A stretch of DNA of 64,000 bases from the NCBI GenBank assembly GCA_964645795.1, contig CAZYCL010000001.1, positions 223,194 through 287,193 of the forward strand, given 5' to 3'. Every line of letters starts with the position of its first letter. The first letter of the stretch is position 1. The DNA is from an uncultured Planctomycetales bacterium. GTDB lineage: Bacteria; Omnitrophota; Gorgyraeia; Gygaellales; Profunditerraquicolaceae. The position numbers and the translations under genes are program-made. Below the pieces are notes generated by a model, which was not told the DNA's origin, ran no database searches, and saw nothing but the letters and a program-made list of their open reading frames with translations. Below are positions 57,100 through 64,000 of the stretch, piece after piece.

Positions 57100-58031
57100 T
57101 GCTTCCCTTGGTAATCAAGCTTTCTTCCCTTCAATATGAGCCTCAACGCCATAATAGAGCCCACAAAAAACTCCCTCAGTGCGGCCAAAAAGTAACGCGG
57201 CCTTAAGATGTTCTTTTTGCGGAACACGCATCCGCGCAGCCTCAAAAGCACTTCCCAGAAAGAGAGGATGCCGTAGTTTATCAGGAAAAAGTACATCCAT
57301 ATCTTCCAGGTATTGCGTTCGGCGATAACAAACTCATCCATCCCCGAAGGCCCGCTGACTGAAGGCTCTACCAAATGCCGCAGGGACGCCTGGGGGTCAT
57401 GAAAGGCCTTTAGCTTCTTCTTTGCGCAAAGCTTGTGCAGGCGCAGAGAAAAATCGGTATCGTCGAAGTAGGTTATCGTAAAGTTCTCATCAAACCCTCC
57501 GACTGCCAAATACAGCTCTTTTCTGACCGAAAGATTGCATGAGGAAAGATTTATGACTTGGTGCCTGTGGGCGTAATTAAGGGGGAAGTACATCCACCCG
57601 GTAAAGGGATAGTAATACCTTAACGGGATCCTGGAAACCGCAACCTCATCCGCCTCCAGAACCAGACCTGAAACAGCGCCAATGCCGGGATCGCTATAGT
57701 TGGAATAGTGCGCGTATACAAAGTGCTTCTCGACCACTACGTCATCATCGATTATCAGCACGATACTTGAAGACGCTTCTCTTACGCCGCGGTTGCGGGC
57801 GGCGCTGGCGTTCGGATTATCCTGAAATATATGCTTTATCTTGCCTTCCCTGGCCAAAAGAGAGAGAAAATCGGCCGTTTCTTTCTCATGCTCTTTTGTC
57901 TGGTCTACAACGATAATCTCAAGCGGCGCAGGGTCTTGGGCGAGGATCGCGCTAATCGTCTGGCATAACAGCCTGCCCCTCTTATAGGTAGGAATGATAA
58001 TCGAAAGGTCTAACTTGTTTTTGCTATCCAC
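57096..58031 (-). CDS. glycosyltransferase family 2
   Basis: The N-terminal LSIIIPTYKRGRLL...DDD region gives the GT-A signature; 311 aa. Confidence 0.65.
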   Translation of the reverse strand: MDSKNKLDLSIIIPTYKRGRLLCQTISAILAQDPAPLEIIVVDQTKEHEKETADFLSLLAREGKIKHIFQDNPNASAARNRGVREASSSIVLIIDDDVVVEKHFVYAHYSNYSDPGIGAVSGLVLEADEVAVSRIPLRYYYPFTGWMYFPLNYAHRHQVINLSSCNLSVRKELYLAVGGFDENFTITYFDDTDFSLRLHKLCAKKKLKAFHDPQASLRHLVEPSVSGPSGMDEFVIAERNTWKIWMYFFLINYGILSFWEVLLRLRGCVFRKKNILRPRYFLAALREFFVGSIMALRLILKGRKLDYQGKQ

Positions 58032-58040
58032 AATAAAGGG

Positions 58041-59288
58041 CTAATAACGGTACTCCCATTGAGCTGCCAAAGATACCTGCCCTAAGCGCTCCACGGGCCT
58101 GGGATCAGCAAGCTCGAAAACGCACCAGCGATCAAGCCAATCATAGACTACCGCCTTGTTCACGTCCTGGATATAAACGCTTAAGTAATACTTGCCGCTG
58201 GGCAGCCCCAGCGACGCAGTCTTATAGACAAAACCCGCCCTGCCTTCGATAATAAGCGGACGGTCCATGTCCAGACCGTTAGTTTCCCCGTAAACGAGGT
58301 CCCCTTTCTCGTTGTGAATGGCCATCCCGAATACGGCAGCCTCGATCCTCCTTTTTGCTTCAAACTCGACCTTAAAGGCCCAGTTGCCCGCCGACTCGAA
58401 TACTTTTGGTTCGGCTGCCGCGGGCCTATCGACGAACTCAACGTTTTTTATCTCGATATCCTGGTTGCCCCATCTGTTTTTGGGGTGCTTTTCGCTGGAA
58501 GAGGTAAAGCTGCCTTGACCCGCCTTCGATTGATAGGTAAGGATAACATCGTGGGCGGCTCCGTCAGCAGCAACCTTTCCTTTTTCAAGCAGCACGACCC
58601 GCTTGCAGAAATTGGATACCGAAGCCAGGTTATGAGAAACCATGATCACCGTGCGGCCGCTTTTAATGAACTTCGTCATCGCATCCAGTGATTTACGGTA
58701 GAACTTCTCATCGCCAACGGCCAGTATCTCATCAATTAGAAGGATGTCGGGGTTAAGGTGTATGGTGACGGAGAAGGCCAGGCGCAGCTCCATGCCGCTA
58801 GAGTAGTACTTTACCGGCTCGTTTACAAACTTGCCCAGCTCCGAGAAATCAACGATGCTGTCGAAGTTTTCCTTTAGCTCCCTGCGGCTCATCCCTATTA
58901 TGGAGCCGTAGAGAAAAATATTGTCCCGGCCGGTCAGGTCTCCGTGCAGGCCCGCCCCCAGCTCAATCAGCGATCCGAGCCTTCCGCAGGTAGTTATCCT
59001 GCCCTTGGTAGGATAAATTATCCCGGACATGAGCTTCAATATCGTGGTCTTGCCTGCGCCGTTGGAACCGATGATACCTAGCGCCTCGCCTTTCTCTACG
59101 CATAAATTTATGTCTCGCAGCGCCCAAAAAGAAGTCCTGTCTTCTTCTTCGGGGGTATTTATTTTGCGCTTGCGCCAGGGATTCAACCTGTTTACCAGGA
59201 GGGCGAACTCATCCCTAACGGTAAAGGCATGATACCCCCAAAACCTGTATTTCTTGCCTACTCCCTCAAGACAGACCGCTTCGTTCAA
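58041..59288 (-). CDS. wzt: polysaccharide ABC exporter ATP-binding protein (Wzt/TagH type) with a C-terminal carbohydrate-binding extension
   Basis: Walker A GSNGAGKTT and signature YSSGM; a ~170-aa beta-rich C-terminal domain follows the NBD, as in Wzt_C. Confidence 0.65.
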   Translation of the reverse strand: MNEAVCLEGVGKKYRFWGYHAFTVRDEFALLVNRLNPWRKRKINTPEEEDRTSFWALRDINLCVEKGEALGIIGSNGAGKTTILKLMSGIIYPTKGRITTCGRLGSLIELGAGLHGDLTGRDNIFLYGSIIGMSRRELKENFDSIVDFSELGKFVNEPVKYYSSGMELRLAFSVTIHLNPDILLIDEILAVGDEKFYRKSLDAMTKFIKSGRTVIMVSHNLASVSNFCKRVVLLEKGKVAADGAAHDVILTYQSKAGQGSFTSSSEKHPKNRWGNQDIEIKNVEFVDRPAAAEPKVFESAGNWAFKVEFEAKRRIEAAVFGMAIHNEKGDLVYGETNGLDMDRPLIIEGRAGFVYKTASLGLPSGKYYLSVYIQDVNKAVVYDWLDRWCVFELADPRPVERLGQVSLAAQWEYRY

Positions 59289-59304
59289 GGCCTCCCCTTT
59301 TTCA

Positions 59305-60141
59305 TCAGATCACATCCATGAATTTTCTTTCGGCACGTTTAAAGAAATAATAAGCGGCGGTAAAAAGTATGAGCGATACCACGGCAGACAGCAGTATATA
59401 GCGCAGCTCGGGACGCACGCCCTTGATGATCACCCGGCGGTAGCCATCGATGATGCTGGCCATGGGGTTAAGCATATAAAGCATCCGGTATTTCTCCGGG
59501 ATAAAGGTAACCGGATAGAATATCGGAGTGGCGAACATCCATAACTGCAGGGCCAGCGGCACCGCATATCTGACATCGCGATAACGGGCATTCACCGCGG
59601 CAGAAAACAGCGATATCCCGATTGTAAAGATAAGCTGCAGGAAAAACAAAGGGAACACCCAGAGAATATTCGCCGTCACGCCTACCTGGTAATAAAACAT
59701 CATCAGGACAAATAATACCGCCGTGATCCCGAAATCGACCAACGGGGCGAAGACGCTGGAAAGCGGCGATATTTCGCGCGGGAAGTACACCTTCATGATC
59801 AAATGCCTTTCGCGCACCATGCTCGGGACCGAAAAAATCAGGGCGGTGGAAAAAAACGTCCAGGGCAGGAGCGCGCTGTAGGCGAATATCGGATAGGGGA
59901 TGCCTTCTGTGGGTATGCGGGCGAACTTTCCGAATATAATGCTGAATATAAGCGTCAGTGATGCGGGCTGGGCTATGGCCCAGAACACCCCGAGGACCGT
60001 CTGCTTGTAGCGGATCTTTATCTCGCGCCAGGAAAGGGTCAGAAGCAGCTCGCGGTAGCTCCAGAGCTCCCTTACGCAGTCCAGCAGGGAAAGGTTGAAA
60101 TCAGGAGTGATCACGCGAACAAAATCGCCGTTTTTCTTCAT
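59305..60141 (-). CDS. wzm: ABC-2 type polysaccharide exporter permease
   Basis: 278 aa with 6 TM helices (ABC-2 family), directly upstream of wzt. Confidence 0.65.
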   Translation of the reverse strand: MKKNGDFVRVITPDFNLSLLDCVRELWSYRELLLTLSWREIKIRYKQTVLGVFWAIAQPASLTLIFSIIFGKFARIPTEGIPYPIFAYSALLPWTFFSTALIFSVPSMVRERHLIMKVYFPREISPLSSVFAPLVDFGITAVLFVLMMFYYQVGVTANILWVFPLFFLQLIFTIGISLFSAAVNARYRDVRYAVPLALQLWMFATPIFYPVTFIPEKYRMLYMLNPMASIIDGYRRVIIKGVRPELRYILLSAVVSLILFTAAYYFFKRAERKFMDVI

Positions 60142-60164
60142 ATTGGCCTTAATAAATTTAAAAT

Positions 60165-60173
60165 ATTATATCA
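60165..60173 (-). promoter_or_regulatory. extended -10 promoter element (TGA-TATAAT) upstream of wzm
   Basis: The minus strand reads TTTTTGTGATATAAT. A 23-nt leader carrying an AAGG Shine-Dalgarno follows, ending 5 nt before the wzm ATG. The element overlaps the stop of the upstream methyltransferase gene. Confidence 0.35.
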
Positions 60174-60881
60174 CAAAAATCTTTCGAATATCTTATTTAT
60201 TAACGCCTTCAGCCGCCTGCCGCCGAGGGGGGCGGGGATATTCATGCCCGACCGATAAAAGGCGAGTTTAACCAGCATATAAACGCGGTACAGGCACCTG
60301 ACATACCCGATGCGCAAAGGAGTTGCCTGCACAGCTTCTCTGTCCTTGACGGCGATGCAGAGCTCTTTTGAGAACGTTATCCCGCTAAACCTGCCGGAAT
60401 CGATGATGTATTTCTTTATTGCCCTCTGGATATCGGGGTTCGATACGCCACCGAAACCGATTGCCCCTCCCGGCAATAGATGCCTCTCCCAGAGAATAAA
60501 ATCAGCCTTGGTAGTCAGATAATTACCATCCCCGTCTATCCAGATGAACTTGAGCGGCGCCTGCCACCCGATATTAGCCCGCGCCGAATCCATGAATATG
60601 ACCTTTACCCTGTCCTTAGCGCCTGAGGCGTCGATATTGCACAACAGCTCATCCCTGGTATTGAGCAGGTTAGCTTCAACGGAGTAGACCATACCCTCCT
60701 TCTGTCCGTCGACGAGCCCTTTGGCCAAGGCCACCGCAGTCCTGCCTTTGAAAGCCCCTATCTCCAGGACATCTCCCGGGCATTGAAGACCCGAGACAAG
60801 CGTGTAGAGCATGAAGCAGTCCTGCGGGAAACAGAAACCCGGTATCTTCTCTATGAAATCGATGAACTCGTTTTCGCTCAA
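60171..60881 (-). CDS. class I SAM-dependent methyltransferase (O-methyltransferase-like)
   Basis: 236 aa with the Rossmann motif VLEIGAFKGRTAV. It lies immediately upstream of wzm-wzt. Confidence 0.5.
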   Translation of the reverse strand: MSENEFIDFIEKIPGFCFPQDCFMLYTLVSGLQCPGDVLEIGAFKGRTAVALAKGLVDGQKEGMVYSVEANLLNTRDELLCNIDASGAKDRVKVIFMDSARANIGWQAPLKFIWIDGDGNYLTTKADFILWERHLLPGGAIGFGGVSNPDIQRAIKKYIIDSGRFSGITFSKELCIAVKDREAVQATPLRIGYVRCLYRVYMLVKLAFYRSGMNIPAPLGGRRLKALINKIFERFL

Positions 60882-61630
60882 CTCGCTTTTCTCTCCTGCG
60901 GCCTCATACGCCGGTAAAAATAAGCTCCGAATCCCGATAACTTCGCAATAAACCTCAAAGACGGTTCACGCTCGGCAACAGTCATCCTTTTTATATCGTA
61001 GGGGCCGGCCGGATCAAAACCAGACCTAAAACCCTGATTGGTAGAAAATGCCGCCTTATAACCGCAGCTCTTTACCGTATCTTCTATTTTTTCATTAAAA
61101 CCGCCCCATGGATAGGCGATGAAATCAACCCCTGCGCCCAGCGCTTCCTCAAGGATGCGTTTTGACTCTTTTATCTCCAACTCTGCATCAAACGGCGCCA
61201 AATCAGGCAGGTATCGATGCCTCAGGGTGTGACTGCCGATGGTAACCAGGCCGCTGGAGACGAGCTCTTTGAGCGCTTCCCGGCTTAAACAGCCGCTCTT
61301 GCCGATATTTCCGGCTATGATAAACAGGGTAACGGGATAACCGAAGCTTTTTATGATAGGCCAGGCACGCTCCTTAAAATCATCCGTTCCGTCGTCAAAG
61401 GTCAAAAAGACCCGCCTGCGCAAGCTGCCTCCTCCGATTAGGTCCTGCAAAGGGGCGACTTCCAGGCCCAGCCTCTTGATCATTGCCATCTGCCTGCCAA
61501 ATAGCGATGCGCCGACCCCGGCCCCCTTGATGCCATCCGGGGCTATTTTATGGTAGACCAATACCGCAGGATGGTGCCTGCCGCCTAAAACAGAGTTCAG
61601 AAGATAAAAAAATGCTGCGGCTATGCTCAT
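60878..61630 (-). CDS. polysaccharide deacetylase family protein (NodB homology domain)
   Basis: FLTFDDGTDD motif and the downstream His motifs typical of carbohydrate esterase family 4 (CE4). Confidence 0.65.
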   Translation of the reverse strand: MSIAAAFFYLLNSVLGGRHHPAVLVYHKIAPDGIKGAGVGASLFGRQMAMIKRLGLEVAPLQDLIGGGSLRRRVFLTFDDGTDDFKERAWPIIKSFGYPVTLFIIAGNIGKSGCLSREALKELVSSGLVTIGSHTLRHRYLPDLAPFDAELEIKESKRILEEALGAGVDFIAYPWGGFNEKIEDTVKSCGYKAAFSTNQGFRSGFDPAGPYDIKRMTVAEREPSLRFIAKLSGFGAYFYRRMRPQERKAS

Positions 61631-63837
61631 ATCTGTTTAATGGAGGAAAAGGCATCCAACAGGCCTTTTACGAATTCGTCATAATTCCACGGCCGGATGA
61701 TCTCAAGGCTGCGCTCTCCCATCCGCCTTCTTAACTGAGGATCCGCCAATAGCCCGCACAGGCATCGGGCCAGGGCCTCTGTATCGCCGGCGCCAAGCAC
61801 ATAACCATTCTCTGCCTCGCGCACCAGATCATAGGAAGCCATTACCGCGTCGGTGGTTATTACGGGCAGCCCGAAGCACATCGCCTCATTTACCACCAAC
61901 CCCCAGCTCTCGGCGCGGGAAAAAAGCACGAAGATATCGGCGAGCGCATAAAAATTCGAGACCTGGCTTATATTCTGGAACCCGAAAAAGAACACATTGG
62001 CCAAGCGCCTGGCGCGGACATAGCTTTCCAGGTCCTTTAGCAGCGGCCCGCTGCCTACATAGACCAACGCCGCCGCGGTAGAGATATTCTCAAAAACGCG
62101 AAGCAGCTCATACGCCCCCTTGTTTTTGTTTATCTTGGATAAGTACAGGATGACCGGTAAGCCTTCTGGAATACCGAACCTTGACCTCAACTCCTGTTTT
62201 CTGGGTGAAAGTTCCTCTGATTTGGCGAAAAAATAATCGTTATTGGCGGCGTAGGGCGTAAAGAAAAGCTTTGAGTTCTCGACGCCGTAATCAAGAAAGA
62301 ACTTTTTTGCCTGCGTGCCTATGTAACCGAAGGCTTCTACCTTCTTGAACAGGTAGCGCAACAGCGGCTTCTTAAATATCTTCTTAAATCCGGGCACATT
62401 GATTTCCGGGAACCTCGGCTCACCCAGGAGCACTTTGGGCGTACGGCTCAAGAATACGCCTAAGAATACCAGCCAGTAAAAAGGCATGCCGTAACCGGGG
62501 ATCACCACGGCATCATATTTATTTTTGCTGATATCGCTCATAATCCTCATCCCGCCGCAAAACGTCTTCATGAAATTATTCCCCTTCTTCCCGGGGCTTA
62601 ATATCTCGTAATTTACCTGAGATATATCAAGCGTGTCCCATTTGAAGAAATGGCAAAACTGGCGGTCATAGACCTCCCGGATACCGGGGTCAGAGAGAAA
62701 ATAGATCTTGAAATCAAGCTTGGGGTTGGAGCTGAGCTTCTTATAAATCGGCACCCTGCAGGGGATAGGGTGGGTGATCGTAAAGGCGATCCGGAACTTC
62801 TTCTCCTTGGGCAGTTGCGATAAGCGCCCATAAGCATCCAGTATGCTCCTGACCCTCTCCAGATACGTGTAGTTGTCGCAAAGGCACCTGTTGTAGCCTG
62901 CCTGCGCGATATTCTTGCGCTCTTCTTCATGCTCCAGATAATAGTTTACCTTGCTCCTTAGCTCACCGGGGGTGGAAAAGTATACCGCCTCCTTATCTTC
63001 GGCAAAAAATGCCTTGGCCTCATCGCTCCTTTCGGAAAGCATGAAGCCGCCGCAGGCCGGCGTCTCGAAAGTCCTCATGTTGTGGCTGGTCTTGTTCTGA
63101 AGGCGCAAGATATTCAGCGATATCTTGCTGGCCGCTGTGACCTTTGAGAAGAACTCCCCATGCTCGGCATTGCCCCTGTAGCAGCGGCGCAGCAGCTTGT
63201 CGCTGCAACGGGTGAGCCAATAATCATTGCCCCAGATGCCAAGATTAAAATCGACCAGCTCCCGAAGCCAATGTTCGCGCTCGCTGTCCCAGTTGCCGAT
63301 AAAAACCAGGTCGCTGCCCAGCTGCGAACGCTCTTCATCGCTGACGCTGGTAGGATAATCGAGCTGCGGGTCGTAAGCGAAGGGCAGGTATTCTACGCGC
63401 GCAAGGCCCCTGGCCTTGAGTTCGTCGATAAGAAACCTGCCCCAGATAAAATAAACATCGTAAAGCCTTAAAGACTGGGTTATCCATACATTATTAGAGC
63501 CGAAATGCCAGGTGTTAAAAGGATTGTCGGGGTTAAAGCAAAAAATTGCAGTCTTGGTAAACCTTCTCTTAAGGTAAGCGATCATCTGCGGGCTGTAAAA
63601 CCAGCCCTTCAGGATAAGGACAAGATCGGGCCTGACACTTTCTACGGTATTGATGAAATCTTTCTGGATGGTGCGGGCGATCTGCCTCCAGAAAATCCTG
63701 AAGACATAGCGGTTGCGCAAGGCTGCCGGCATACGATTATGCAAGGCCTCGTCATTAAAAAGGTGCACTTGCCCGACAAGTTTCTCAAAAGCCCGGTCGA
63801 AGGAATGGCGGTAGCTTCCGCTAATGACGACTTTCAT
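61627..63837 (-). CDS. two-domain glycosyltransferase (N-terminal CgeB-like/GT-B domain plus C-terminal GT4 domain)
   Basis: 736 aa. The C-terminal half carries a Glycos_transf_1 motif (ESWGLVVNEAMCFGLPVITTD). The N-terminal half looks like a second GT-B module. Confidence 0.5.
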   Translation of the reverse strand: MKVVISGSYRHSFDRAFEKLVGQVHLFNDEALHNRMPAALRNRYVFRIFWRQIARTIQKDFINTVESVRPDLVLILKGWFYSPQMIAYLKRRFTKTAIFCFNPDNPFNTWHFGSNNVWITQSLRLYDVYFIWGRFLIDELKARGLARVEYLPFAYDPQLDYPTSVSDEERSQLGSDLVFIGNWDSEREHWLRELVDFNLGIWGNDYWLTRCSDKLLRRCYRGNAEHGEFFSKVTAASKISLNILRLQNKTSHNMRTFETPACGGFMLSERSDEAKAFFAEDKEAVYFSTPGELRSKVNYYLEHEEERKNIAQAGYNRCLCDNYTYLERVRSILDAYGRLSQLPKEKKFRIAFTITHPIPCRVPIYKKLSSNPKLDFKIYFLSDPGIREVYDRQFCHFFKWDTLDISQVNYEILSPGKKGNNFMKTFCGGMRIMSDISKNKYDAVVIPGYGMPFYWLVFLGVFLSRTPKVLLGEPRFPEINVPGFKKIFKKPLLRYLFKKVEAFGYIGTQAKKFFLDYGVENSKLFFTPYAANNDYFFAKSEELSPRKQELRSRFGIPEGLPVILYLSKINKNKGAYELLRVFENISTAAALVYVGSGPLLKDLESYVRARRLANVFFFGFQNISQVSNFYALADIFVLFSRAESWGLVVNEAMCFGLPVITTDAVMASYDLVREAENGYVLGAGDTEALARCLCGLLADPQLRRRMGERSLEIIRPWNYDEFVKGLLDAFSSIKQI

Positions 63838-64000
63838 CAGATCATCCTGTAAAGATCGGTGGCCAGGTTCAGGAATATGTCGCCGGCCAGCTTGCGAAAC
63901 CTTGAGTCCTTCAGGAGGGCATAGATAACCTTGGAATGGTTTTCGAAATCGCCCATCTCTTCCAGGAGCAGCTTGTTCTTTTTAAACAACAAAAATACCC
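63837..64000 (-). CDS. 3' end of an upstream gene of unknown function, truncated by the window edge; its stop overlaps the next start (ATGA)
   Basis: The minus-strand frame reads ...EEMGDFENHSKVIYALLKDSRFRKLAGDIFLNLATDLYRMI* and ends 1 nt into the start codon of the 736-aa gene. Confidence 0.3.
   Translation of the reverse strand, partial: VFLLFKKNKLLLEEMGDFENHSKVIYALLKDSRFRKLAGDIFLNLATDLYRMI

Noticed and set aside
1-64000. tRNA, rRNA or other structured RNA genes
   Set aside because: No intergenic region is long enough, and none shows cloverleaf-like or rRNA-like sequence. Every gap larger than 60 bp was read individually.

Overview
The window is 64 kb of high-GC bacterial chromosome. It is almost gap-free, and nearly every gene is on the minus strand, usually overlapping or abutting the next one. 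No rRNA, tRNA, CRISPR array or mobile-element gene was found.

The first ~37 kb is conserved housekeeping. It contains:
- a Maf/M48 peptidase fused ORF, pyrE, comFC and lptF-lptG;
- a long minus-strand array: alr, tsaB, tsaE, thiL, mtnA, DUF362-ferredoxin, tatD, ricT, holB, tmk / cysS, cysE, ispF, ispD, PIN-TRAM (yacL-like), radA / mlaD-F-E / clpC, mcsB, mcsA / ilvE, lolD, lolC / lysS;
- an envelope cluster of htpX, DUF1573, a thioredoxin-CcdA fusion, a TPR protein and a divergent HAMP-GGDEF gene.

The Lpt, Mla and Lol genes imply a diderm envelope. The local gene order (radA-yacL-ispDF-cysES, mcsAB-clpC, tmk-holB-ricT) is Firmicute-like.

From about 37.3 kb to the window end, and beyond it, lies a co-directional glycan biosynthesis and export locus of roughly 27 kb. 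It contains:
- an initiating sugar-phosphate transferase, about ten glycosyltransferases (GT4, GT2, one GT-C, one two-domain) and a Wzy_C-like membrane protein;
- a Wzm/Wzt ABC exporter, where Wzt carries a C-terminal binding domain;
- tailoring enzymes: two B12-binding radical SAM enzymes, two AsnB-like amidotransferases, a NodU/CmcH/TobZ-family carbamoyltransferase, two SAM methyltransferases and a NodB-type deacetylase.

This locus, which appears to make a heavily decorated surface polysaccharide, is the main candidate for new biology here.

Other points of note:
- two near-perfect sigma70 consensus promoters placed so that lysS and comFC would be leaderless;
- a heptad-repeat element between lysS and lolC;
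- a 14-mer tandem repeat with an inverted partner inside the glycan locus;
- the in-frame Maf-M48 fusion.

All calls rest on reading the translated ORFs and the raw sequence by eye. No database search was run.
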